This document shows positions 1 to 9,076 of a stretch of 64,000 bases of DNA, piece after piece. Positions within the stretch are counted from its first letter, which is position 1. Every line of letters begins with the position of its first letter. The DNA is from an uncultured Spirochaetota bacterium. Its GTDB lineage: Bacteria > Spirochaetota > Spirochaetia > SZUA-6 > CAVTHK01. A model generated the notes under the pieces. That model saw nothing but the letters and a program-made list of their open reading frames with translations, ran no database searches and was not told the DNA's origin. Location: the NCBI GenBank assembly GCA_963734495.1, contig CAVTHK010000003.1, positions 96,001 to 160,000 on the forward strand, given 5' to 3'. The position numbers and the translations under genes are program-made.

Positions 1-1155
1 GTATTCGCGGGGCGCCTGGCCGAGCCGCTTGCGGAAGACCTTGCAGAAGTAGCTCTGGTCGCCGAAGCCGCACTCGATCGCGATCTCCCGAAGCCTCCGG
101 CCGGGGTCCTCGAGCAGCTCGCACGCCCGCTCGACGCGGAAGCGGGCCAGCGTCTCGGTGAACGTCGCGCCGCAGCGACGGGTGAAGAGGCGGGAGAAGT
201 GCCCTTCGGACAGATGGGCGATCGCCGCGGCCTCCGCGCGGGAAATCGGCTGTCCGAGGTTCTTGCGCATGAACTCGAGCACGGGGGCGAGCGAGGGCAG
301 CGGCTCGCCCGCCGGCCTGCGGAACGGCGTCCCGATAAAGGCCTCCAGCCACGACGTGAGCCACCGGCTGAGGTGCTCCTCGTCCCCGATGCGCGAGAGC
401 TCGCGCAGGAACGAGCTGCCGAGCGCGAGCAGCTGGCGGGGATCGGCGCCGCGGTCGACGGCCGAGCGGTTCATCAGCACGACCATCTCGAGCAGCAGCG
501 TCTTGAGCACGTCGAGGTCGCGCAGGCCCGCGTGGTAGACGCCGAGCAGGATGCGGTTGATGGTGGCGCGCGCCCGCTCGCGGTCGCCGTCGGCCATGGC
601 CTCGAGAAGCTCGTGCTCCTCGCGCAGGTAGATCTCGCGGGGGTCCTGGTAGGGGAGGCTCTTCGCGGAGTGGATCGCCTCGGCGCGGCGGGCGTGCGAG
701 CTGCCTTCGCTCCGGTTCCAGCGCATCAGCGCCTCGCTGCAGGCGTTCGCCGCGACGGCCTTGTCCATGAGCTCCCACGCGAGGGCCGTGATCGCCCGGG
801 CGCGCTCCAGCTCCACCGCCTGCGCCCCCGGCACGCCGCCGGCAGCCCTGCCGTTCGCGCGCTTTTCGGCCGCGAAGAGCCCGCCGAGAACACGGTTGTT
901 GTCGGTCGCGGGCACGCACCAGACGTAGACGCCTTCGTTGTCGAGAGCGATCGCGGGCTCGCCCCATCGGGCCGCCTCGCTCACCATCAGAGGCAGGTCG
1001 ATCCCGCGTCCGGGCGCGCGCTGCCACGGGTAGCCCGCGCCCCAGACCCGGCGCACGCCGTCGCCGTCGGCGAAAGCGAGCTCGAGACCCGTGCTGCCGC
1101 GGTACTCGCGGACCGCGCGTGTGACGTTCGAAGGACACCGGGCAGAGCGCGCCAC
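1..1155 (-). CDS. PocR-sensor AraC-family transcriptional regulator (3' end runs off the window)
   Basis: Manual translation of the minus strand is open from GTG 1155 to position 1. It has a PocR-like N-terminus (VREYRGSTGLELAFADGDG, EAARWGEP...VWCVP) and a C-terminal AraC HTH (REIAIECGFGDQSYFCKVFRKRLGQAPREY). Not in the ORF track; start codon uncertain. Confidence 0.85.
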   Translation of the reverse strand, partial: MARSARCPSNVTRAVREYRGSTGLELAFADGDGVRRVWGAGYPWQRAPGRGIDLPLMVSEAARWGEPAIALDNEGVYVWCVPATDNNRVLGGLFAAEKRANGRAAGGVPGAQAVELERARAITALAWELMDKAVAANACSEALMRWNRSEGSSHARRAEAIHSAKSLPYQDPREIYLREEHELLEAMADGDRERARATINRILLGVYHAGLRDLDVLKTLLLEMVVLMNRSAVDRGADPRQLLALGSSFLRELSRIGDEEHLSRWLTSWLEAFIGTPFRRPAGEPLPSLAPVLEFMRKNLGQPISRAEAAAIAHLSEGHFSRLFTRRCGATFTETLARFRVERACELLEDPGRRLREIAIECGFGDQSYFCKVFRKRLGQAPREY

Positions 1156-1288
1156 GTCACGATCGTACCATTAAGAGGCACCATGTTCCAAGGCCGGCCG
1201 CCTGGTCCTATCGCCTCACAGCAGCGCCAAAGAAGCGCACGAGCCGACAAGTCCGGGCGGCTGCCTTCATTCTATTCTCATTTCCGCC

Positions 1289-2644
1289 ATGACTGGAAAA
1301 GAGATCGTCCTCGCGACGCTGGCCCACGAGACGCCCCCGCGCACCCCCTGGGTGCCGTACACCGGGGTGCACGTGGGCAGCCTCATCGACGCGCCCGCCG
1401 ACGAGCTTCTGCGCAGCGCCGACCTGCTCGTGCGCGCGCTGCGCGAGGCCCATCGCCTCTACGCCCCCGACGGGCAGCCCGTCGTCTTCGACCTGCAGAT
1501 CGAGGCCGAGGTCCTCGGCTGCGGCCTGCTGTGGGCCGCCAAGGCGCCGCCTAGTGTGAGCTCGCACCCTCTTGCCGCGGCCAAGGGCGTTCCGCGGAGG
1601 CTGCCCGAGCGAGGCGATGGCCGGCTCGGCCTGATCCTCGACGCCATGACAAGAATGAAGAAGGAAGTCGGCCGCCGCACCGCCCTCTACGGCCTGTTCA
1701 CGGGGCCGCTCACGCTCGCGTCCCACCTGCGGGGGACCGAGATCTTCCTCGACTTCTTCGACGACGAAGGCTACGTGCGCGAGCTGCTCGACTTCTGCAC
1801 GCGGGTCGGCCTGCGGATGGCGGAGCTCTACGTCGAGGCGGGGATGGATGTGATCGCGGCCGTGGACCCGATCGTCTCGCAGATCTCCCCGGACGCTTTC
1901 CGGCAATTCGTGGCGCGCGGGTTCGCCGTGCAGTTCGAAGCGATCCGCGCCGCGGGCCGCGCGAGCTCGCTGTTCGTCTGCGGCGACGCGACCAGGAACC
2001 TCGAGGCCATGGCCGCCACCGGCCCCGACTGCCTGTCGGTGGACGAGAACATCGACATGAAGGCGGCCAAGCGCGTCACCGACGCCGCGGGCATCGCGCT
2101 CTCCGGCAACCTTCCGCTCACGACCGTCATGCTGCTCGGGAGCCAGGCGGACAACCAGAAGTACGCCCTCGACCTGATCGACGGCATGGGACGGAAGGAC
2201 TTTGTCCTCGCGCCCGGCTGCGACATGCCCTACGACACGCCGAGGGCGAACCTGGTCGGCGTGAGCCAGGCTGTGCACGACGAGCGCGCGACGCGGGCCT
2301 ACCTCGAGCACTACGTGCGCCGCGACGTCGACGTCCCGGTCGAGATGCCGGACTACGAGCACCTCGCGGGCGCGCTCGTCGAGGTGTTCACGATCGACTC
2401 CGCGACCTGCGCGGCCTGCGGATACATGAAGGCGGCGGCGGACGAGGCGGGCGCGGCGCTCGGCCCGCGCGTCGAGGTGGTCGAGCGCAAGATCTCGACC
2501 CTGGAGAACATCGCCCGCGCGCGGAGGCTCGGCCTGGCGCACCTGCCGGCGATCGTGGTCAACGGCAGGCTCGCCTTCAGCTCCGTGATTCCCGGCCGCA
2601 GGGCCCTGTCCGACACGATCGAGGCGGCCCTCCGACGCCCGTGA
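1289..2644 (+). CDS. Uroporphyrinogen decarboxylase / MtaA-CmuA methyltransferase family protein with C-terminal thioredoxin-like domain
   Basis: URO-D TIM-barrel motifs (IEAEVLGC, GPLTLASHLRG, GNLP, LAPGCDMPYDTP), then VEVFTIDSATCAACGYM...LPAIVVNG (CxxC Trx fold). Confidence 0.85.
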   Translation: MTGKEIVLATLAHETPPRTPWVPYTGVHVGSLIDAPADELLRSADLLVRALREAHRLYAPDGQPVVFDLQIEAEVLGCGLLWAAKAPPSVSSHPLAAAKGVPRRLPERGDGRLGLILDAMTRMKKEVGRRTALYGLFTGPLTLASHLRGTEIFLDFFDDEGYVRELLDFCTRVGLRMAELYVEAGMDVIAAVDPIVSQISPDAFRQFVARGFAVQFEAIRAAGRASSLFVCGDATRNLEAMAATGPDCLSVDENIDMKAAKRVTDAAGIALSGNLPLTTVMLLGSQADNQKYALDLIDGMGRKDFVLAPGCDMPYDTPRANLVGVSQAVHDERATRAYLEHYVRRDVDVPVEMPDYEHLAGALVEVFTIDSATCAACGYMKAAADEAGAALGPRVEVVERKISTLENIARARRLGLAHLPAIVVNGRLAFSSVIPGRRALSDTIEAALRRP

Positions 2645-2675
2645 CCGCCGAGTGACGTCCTCCCCGGCCGCCCGG

Positions 2676-2691
2676 TTAAGAAACGCTTAAG
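2676..2691 (+). promoter_or_regulatory. Putative OmpR-family direct-repeat site
   Basis: TTAAG at 2676 and 2687 (11-bp period), upstream of the kinase-regulator operon. Confidence 0.35.
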
Positions 2692-2818
2692 CCGCGCGCA
2701 AGCCTCTCGTCAACCGCGGGTGTTACGCTCCCAAGCGGGGAACTCGCCCGCGGCTCCCGCAGGCGGCGGGCGCGTTGAAGGCGCGGCCGTGGCCGTTTAT
2801 AGTGGGAGTCCGACGCTG

Positions 2819-4285
2819 ATGACCATCCGAACGAGGATCCTGGCCGCATACCTCGCGATGCTCGTGATACCGCTCGGCCTGATCGTGGGCATCGACCGCG
2901 TCCTGCGCTCCTATCACCAGGGCGACGCGATGCGGGTCCTCCGCTTCCTGCAGCCGCGGACGCCGTACGCGCGGGTGGCGCGCGACATGGGCGTCGCCAT
3001 GCGGCTGATCAACCTGCAGATCCTCAACGATCCGGACCAGTTCGCCTCGGCCGCGTTCATGCGCACGCTGGACCCGCCGATCCACGACCTGGGGTTCGTC
3101 GTGAGGCGCGGCGACACGATGATCTACGTGTCGCCTTCGCTGGAAGCCTCCGCCCTGCCTCTGCTGCCGAAGTTCGCGGCGCAGCCGAGGACCGAGCCGC
3201 GGCCCGAGTCGGAGTCGGGCGCGCCCCCGGAGCGGGCCGTGCTGGGCCAGTGGGACTTCCGCTTCTCGGACCGGACGCCGGGGAGCCTGTTCCTGGTGCG
3301 CGGGGCGGACCGCACGTACCGTCCGTTCCCCGATCTCAACGTGCTCATGATCCTCTCCGCCGTGTTCGTGCTGGCCCTCGGCAACGGCGTCATCACCTTT
3401 TTCGTGGCCCACAGCATGATCGGGCCCCTGCGCGCGCTCGAGCAGGCCGCGGAGCGCATCAGCGGGGGCGACCTGGAGACGGCGATGGCGCCGCTGCGCA
3501 GGCGCGGGGACGAGATCGCGCGCGTGCGGGAGGCCTTCGAGCGGATGCGCACGGGCCTCAAGGAGTCGCTGGACAAGCAGCGGGAGTACGAAAGGAACCG
3601 CCTCGAGCTGATCGCGAGCATTTCCCACGACCTGCGCACTCCCGTGACGACCATCCGGGGCTACGCCGAAGGGCTTCGCGATGGCGTCGCCGCGAGCCCG
3701 GAAATGCGGGCGCGTTACGAGCAGACGATCGTGGACCGGGCCGAGACCATGGACCACCTGATCGAGGAGCTGTTCCTGCTGTCGACCCTGGAGCTCAAGC
3801 AGGCGCCGTTCTCCTTCCACGAGCTGGATCTCAGGGCGTTCCTCGAGGACAGCGTGGAGGATCTGCGGCGCGTCCATGAGCGGGTCGCCATCACGCTCGA
3901 GAGCGGCCCGGGCCCTGTTCCGGTGAGCGCCGACCCGTCCCAGCTCCGGCGGGTCATCGAGAACATCGTGGAGAACGCGGTCCGCCACTCCGGCCGCGCC
4001 GAACCGCGGATCGACGTGCGCCTGGAATGCCGCGACGACGGCGGCGCGGTCGTGGAGATACGCGACAACGGGCGGGGCATCCCCGAAGAGGCGCTGCCCC
4101 ACGTGTTCGAGCGCTTCTACCGCGCCGACGCGGCGCGCAGCGCGCCCGGCAGCGGGCTGGGCCTCACGATCGCGCGGCGCATCGTCGAGGCGCACGACGG
4201 CACGGTGCGCGCGGAGAACCGCAAGGAGGGGGGGGCCGCGATCATCATCACCCTGCCGCGCCTCGCCCGGGGGCCGTGCCCGTGA
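2819..4285 (+). CDS. HAMP-domain sensor histidine kinase
   Basis: Two TM segments, HAMP, H-box SISHDLRTP, N-box NIVENAVRH, DNGRGI, GSGLGL. ATG 2819 follows GGGAG. Confidence 0.95.
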   Translation: MTIRTRILAAYLAMLVIPLGLIVGIDRVLRSYHQGDAMRVLRFLQPRTPYARVARDMGVAMRLINLQILNDPDQFASAAFMRTLDPPIHDLGFVVRRGDTMIYVSPSLEASALPLLPKFAAQPRTEPRPESESGAPPERAVLGQWDFRFSDRTPGSLFLVRGADRTYRPFPDLNVLMILSAVFVLALGNGVITFFVAHSMIGPLRALEQAAERISGGDLETAMAPLRRRGDEIARVREAFERMRTGLKESLDKQREYERNRLELIASISHDLRTPVTTIRGYAEGLRDGVAASPEMRARYEQTIVDRAETMDHLIEELFLLSTLELKQAPFSFHELDLRAFLEDSVEDLRRVHERVAITLESGPGPVPVSADPSQLRRVIENIVENAVRHSGRAEPRIDVRLECRDDGGAVVEIRDNGRGIPEEALPHVFERFYRADAARSAPGSGLGLTIARRIVEAHDGTVRAENRKEGGAAIIITLPRLARGPCP

Positions 4286-4965
4286 AGCGGCTGCTGATCA
4301 TCGAGGACGATCGCGCGATCGCGGAGCTCGAGCGCGACTACCTCGAGGCCGACGGCTTCGCCGTGGACATCGAGCTGGACGGCGACGACGGGCTGCGCAA
4401 GGCGCGGGCGACCGCCTACGACCTGATCCTCCTCGACCTCATGCTCCCCGGCCGCAGCGGGTTCGACGTCTGCCGGACGCTGCGCGGCTCGAGCGAGGTG
4501 CCGATCCTCCTGGTGTCGGCCCGAAGGGCCGACGTGGACAAGATCAGGGGCCTGGGGCTCGGCGCCGACGACTACATCACCAAACCCTTCAGCACCGCCG
4601 AGCTCGTGGCGCGCGTCAAGGCGCACCTGGCGCGCTACGAGCGCCTGCGCGGAGGCAGGGGCGCGCTTCCGATCACGGCGGGCGCCCTCGCGCTGGACCC
4701 CGAGTCGATGCGCGTGACGGTCGCGGGCCGGGAGGTGACGCTGACCGCCCGCGAGTTCGGGATCCTGGCGCTGCTCGCCTCCCACCCCGACCGCGTGTTC
4801 AGCCGCGAGCAGATCTTTGAGCGGATCTGGGGCGAGGGGGTCTTCGGCGACATCTCCACGGTGACGGTTCACATCCGCCGCATCCGCGAGAAGATCGAGG
4901 CGGACCCTTCGCAGCCGCGGATCATCGAGACCGTGTGGGGGATCGGCTACCGGCTCAAGGCTTAG
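4282..4965 (+). CDS. OmpR/PhoB-family response regulator
   Basis: LLIIEDD, LDLMLPG, GADDYITKPF, winged-helix TVTVHIRRIREKIE, ETVWGIGY. GTGA overlap with the kinase stop. Confidence 0.95.
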   Translation: MKRLLIIEDDRAIAELERDYLEADGFAVDIELDGDDGLRKARATAYDLILLDLMLPGRSGFDVCRTLRGSSEVPILLVSARRADVDKIRGLGLGADDYITKPFSTAELVARVKAHLARYERLRGGRGALPITAGALALDPESMRVTVAGREVTLTAREFGILALLASHPDRVFSREQIFERIWGEGVFGDISTVTVHIRRIREKIEADPSQPRIIETVWGIGYRLKA

Positions 4966-4995
4966 CCCCGCCGCGCCGCGGGGCCGTTCGCCGCG

Positions 4996-5280
4996 TCACT
5001 CGTGCGAGATGCAGGCGCTGAACACGTGCCGGGGCTCGAAGCGGACCCAGTCGCCGGGCTTGATCCCGGCGGCCGCCGCGGCCCCGCCGCTCGACGCGCC
5101 TGCCTCCGTGACGGTCTCGACGTTGCCGACAAAGGCGTCGCCGCCCTCGGGCTCGAAGGTGCGCACCTGCACCCACGCCTCGCCGAGCCGCAGGAAAACC
5201 GGCCTCCTGCGCCTGATGGGATTCGCGGGCCGCTCGCCTGCGGCGCCGAATACCGTCCACTGGGGTTTCTTGACGTCCAC
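4996..5280 (-). CDS. Small hypothetical protein (94 aa), weakly DUF2314-like
   Basis: AGGAGG before GTG 5280; WVQV..GDAFVGNV..IKPGDWVRFEPRHVF pattern. Family assignment is tentative. Confidence 0.55.
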   Translation of the reverse strand: MDVKKPQWTVFGAAGERPANPIRRRRPVFLRLGEAWVQVRTFEPEGGDAFVGNVETVTEAGASSGGAAAAAGIKPGDWVRFEPRHVFSACISHE

Positions 5281-5336
5281 TCTGGCCCCTCCTGGGTCTG
5301 GTTCCCGGCCATGATATACAGAGAACCCGGGCCGCC

Positions 5337-5363
5337 TCAACGGGCCCTCAACCGCCTGTCAAC
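5337..5363 (-). promoter_or_regulatory. Three 11-bp-spaced repeats overlapping the promoter of the small gene
   Basis: TCAAC at 5337, 5348 and 5359; TATCAT -10-like hexamer downstream on the minus strand. Confidence 0.45.
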
Positions 5364-5449
5364 CGGCCCGGGCCCGCGGGGGCCTGCTCCGGTGCACGCC
5401 CCCGCGGCGCTGGAGATTAAGGCTTGCGCGGGCGATATATAGAGTAGAC

Positions 5450-7589
5450 GTGACCACGCCCTCGCCCCAGACTGCACCTCCTCCCGCCGAGGTCTGCTGC
5501 GTCAACTGCAAGGCCATCTACGAGTATGTCCTGCGCCGCCGGCGGCAGGAGGCGAGCCGGGTCTTCGAGAACCTGCCGGCGCCTTACGACAAGCTCGAGG
5601 ACCCCGCCGCGTTCCTCCTCAACGAGAACAACTGGATTCCGAGCGAGGTGGTGGTGCGCCTGTTCGAAAACGCGCGCCGGATCGTCCAGGACGACGACGC
5701 CCCGTTCGGGATCGGCTTCGAATCGGTGACGCAGAGGCGGCTCGGCTACATCCAGCGCTTCTTCATCAGCACCCTCATGACGATCCCGGGCGTCATCAAG
5801 AGGGTGAACGAGATCAACGCCAAGTTCAACACGACCAAGCGGGTCCAGGTGCTCCACGCGGGGCCCGGGCGCATGACGCTGCGGCTCTTCTGGAACACGA
5901 ACGGCGTGCTCTCCGAGGACATCTGCAGTTACAACAAGGGCATCTACTCGGCGGTGCCGACCATCTGGGGCCACCCTCCCGCGCAGGTCGACGAGCCGTT
6001 CTGCCACTTCCGCGGCGATCAGTTCTGCCAGTTCGACTGCACGTGGGAAGCCGGCTCGCGGGCCAGGGCTTTCCTCGAGAGCCTGCTCACGCGCAAGAGC
6101 CACCTCCTCGACGCGCTCGCGGAGATCGAGAGGGACAAGGACCTGATCAAGACCAAGTTCCGGGAAATCTCCGAGCTCAACGCCGATCTCCGGGACAAGG
6201 TCGACAAGCTGGAGGGCATCAACAGGGCCTCGCGCCTGCTCGCCTCCTACAGGAACGTCGACGAGTTCCTCGACCTCACGATGAAGACCGTGGTCGACGT
6301 CCTCCATTTCGACCGGGCGATCCTCATGCTCGTCGACGCCTCGGGGGAGAACCTCGTCTACGCGCACTCGACGGGGGCCGATCCCGCGCTGGTCCAGCGG
6401 GTCAAGGGATACCGGGTGCCCCTGTCGCGCGACAGCAACGTGATGGTCCGCGTGCTCAAGTCCGGGCAGCCGGTCCTGATCGAGAACGTCGAGAAGAGCG
6501 GGCTCAATCCCCGAGAACGTCATCCTGTCGGCCATCAAGACCTTCTCCTTCTGCGTCTGTCCCCTCGTGGGCGCGGACGCGCGCGCCATCGGGGTGCTCG
6601 GCGCCGACCGCGTGCGCCGGGAGCCGCTCACCCGCAGCGACCTCGACTACCTGTCGATCTTTGCCAACAACATGGCCGCGTTCCTGCACAGGGCGCAGGC
6701 CCACGAGCAGCTCGAGCAGATCAGCGCGGCGTCCGGGAGGTTCGTGCCCCGCGAGCTGCTGGAGCAGCTCGGCCGCGGGAGCATCACGGACGTGCGGCTC
6801 GGCGACCAGGTGCAGAAGGAAATGTCGATCCTGTTCTCCGACATCCGCTCCTTCACCTCGCTCTCCGAGACCATGACGCCCGTGGAGAACTTCAATTTCC
6901 TCAACTCCTACCTGGGCCGCGTGAGCCCGTTCATCCGAAAGCACAACGGGTTCATCGACAAGTACCTGGGCGACGGCATCATGGCTCTCTTTCCCGGAGG
7001 CGCCGAGGACGCGGTCAACACGGCCATCGAGATCGTCCGCTACCTGCCGCTGTACAACACTCAGCGCGAGCGCAGCGGCTACCAGGCGATCCGGATCGGC
7101 AACGGGATCCACTCCGGCAGTATCATGCTCGGCACCATCGGCGAGGAGGCGAGGATGGAGGGGACCGTCATCGCCGACGCCGTAAACCTCGCCTCGCGCC
7201 TCGAGGGGCTCACGAAGGTCTTTGGAGGCTCCATCGTCGTGAGCGAGCGCGTGCTGTTCGGCCTGAGCGACCCCAACAAGTACAACTGGCGCTTCGTCGG
7301 CAAGGTCCGCGTCAAGGGCAAGAAGAACCTCGTGTCGGTGTTCGAGATCTTCGACGCGGACGACGAGGAGACTCTGGGACTCAAGGCCGCCACCCGCGAG
7401 GTCTTCGAGCGGGCGGTCCACTACTTCCACGGCGGGGAGTTCCGTGACGCGCACATGCTGTTCGACAAGGTGCTCGAGCGCAACCCCCGCGACCGGGCGG
7501 CCCTTCTCCTGCGCGGCCACAGCGAGTCGTACGCCGCGCACGGGCTCCCCCAGGACTGGGACGGCGCCCTCGATTTCGACCCCTCGTAG
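5450..7589 (+). CDS. V4R-like sensor / coiled-coil / GAF / class III adenylate cyclase (one frameshift at the C-run 6509-6512)
   Basis: Joins ORFs 5450..7447 and 6567..7589. Cyclase motifs LFSDIRSFT, IDKYLGDGIM, TVIADAVNLASRLE, VKGK. Removing one C restores colinearity with the paralog at 50903..52831. Confidence 0.9.
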
Positions 7590-7668
7590 CGCGGGCGTTC
7601 GCCGCCGCGTCGTTCACGATCCGCATTGCAGGGGCGCCCCCGCGGCTGTCAATCGCGAAGGGGGACGG

Positions 7669-8494
7669 TCAGGCCAGCAGCCGCCGGATGCGCTCCTCGG
7701 CCGCGGGGTGCGTGAGCCACAGCCGCCTGCCCGCGGACTGCGGGCGCGGCAGGAACAGGTCCCAGAAGCTGCGCTGCGAGCGCTCGAGCTGCGTCAGGGC
7801 CGAAGCGAGGCCGCGCGGGTCGCCCGTGAGCTCGGCAGCGGTGCGGTCCGCCTCGAACTCCCGCGTTCGGGAGAGGGCGAGCGCGAGCAGGACGCTCGCC
7901 ATGGGGGCGAGCATCAGCAGCAGGACCAGGCGGAACGGCACGGTCGCGGCTCCCATGGCGAGCAGCGGGAAGTTGAGCACGAGCAGGATCACTCCGAACG
8001 TCGAAAGGGCGCGCGTGAGGCGGTGGATCGACTCCGCGAGCCCGAGCAGCCAGAGGTCGCGGTTCCTGATGTGGGCGATTTCGTGGGCGAGCACGCCCGC
8101 GAGCTCGCGTCCGTCCAGCTGCGCGAGCAGGCCGCGGGTCAGCACGATGACCGGCCGCCCAGGCTGCCCCACGCTCAGCGCGTTCGGCATGGCGTGCGGG
8201 CTCAGGTAAAGCCTGGGGACGGCGGGCAGATCGGCGCGGCGCGCGAGCTGCCGCCACGAGATCGTACAGGTCGGAGCTCTCGAACGGGGAGAGCGGGCGG
8301 GCGCGGTACAGCGACAGCGCGAGCTGCGGGGCAGCCGACGAGCTCGACATCAGCGCGAACGCCGCGAACCCGACGGCGAGCAGCAGCCCCCACCTTCCGA
8401 GCAGGGCGCTCCCGAGCGCGGCGCCCAGCGCCAGCATGAGCCCGAGGAGAAAGAGAGTGAGCAGCGCATTCAGCCAGCGCGAAAGACCGGACAT
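7669..8494 (-). CDS. htpX: Zinc metalloprotease HtpX (M48), frameshifted near 8240
   Basis: PNA, LTRGLL, LAHEIAHIRNRD, SRTREFEADR, THP..EERI motifs; N-terminal TM helices. Start approximate. Confidence 0.85.
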
Positions 8495-8529
8495 GTTGTG
8501 CAGCGTCAGTGTTCTCACGACAATTGCGA

Positions 8530-8545
8530 TGCACGAACCGTGCCG
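8530..8545 (-). promoter_or_regulatory. Putative sigma54 -24/-12 promoter of htpX
   Basis: Minus strand CGGCAC-GGTTC-GTGCA (GG-N10-GC). Confidence 0.45.
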
Positions 8546-8686
8546 GGCGCCTTGCCCTAACCTTTTTCAGGATTGACAGTTGAAGGTCGCCGCCGGCGGG
8601 ACCGTCCCGATCGGGTCCCGATGGACCCTGCGGGCCGCCTCCGCTGTGTCATTGTGGACCACCCGGCCGAAGCCCTGGACGGGCCG

Positions 8687-8715
8687 CTGACAGGCGCGGC
8701 GAGCCGTGGTAGGAT
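8687..8715 (+). promoter_or_regulatory. sigma70-type promoter of the riboswitch leader
   Basis: CTGACA-17 bp-TAGGAT. Confidence 0.5.
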
Positions 8716-8730
8716 GGCGAATCTTCACGT

Positions 8731-8945
8731 GACGGGGAGGCAGGGAGAAAGGGACGACAGCGCGCCCTCCCACGGGCGCCAGATCTGAAGGGGAAAACGG
8801 AAGTCCGTGAGAGTCGGACGCGGTCGCGCCGCTGTGACCGGGAGTCCTCACATAGAGGACAAGCCTCACCCGCTGTTGCCACTGTCGCGTCGACGGGAAG
8901 GCGCGGGGGGCGGGCCCGGGAGCCAGAAGACGATCCTCTCCAGTC
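8731..8945 (+). ncRNA. Cobalamin riboswitch
   Basis: Core AACGGAAGTCCGTGAGAGTCGGACGCGGTCGCGCCGCTGTGA, GCCACTG...GGGAAGGC and B12-box GAGCCAGAAGAC; lies upstream of a TonB-dependent receptor. Boundaries approximate. Confidence 0.9.
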
Positions 8946-9017
8946 TCATCGACGCCGCGGCTGAATGCCGGCGGCACTCTTTCGCGAAAAAAGAGTCGGG
9001 TGAGGTCCTCACCTGCG

Positions 9018-9039
9018 AGGCCCCATCCGGGGCCTTTTT
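9018..9039 (+). terminator. Intrinsic terminator in the riboswitch expression platform
   Basis: AGGCCCC-ATCC-GGGGCCT followed by TTTT, between the aptamer and the receptor start. Confidence 0.7.
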
Positions 9040-9076
9040 CGGGCCCTCGCGAATGCTCATCGGGAGAGCATCACTC

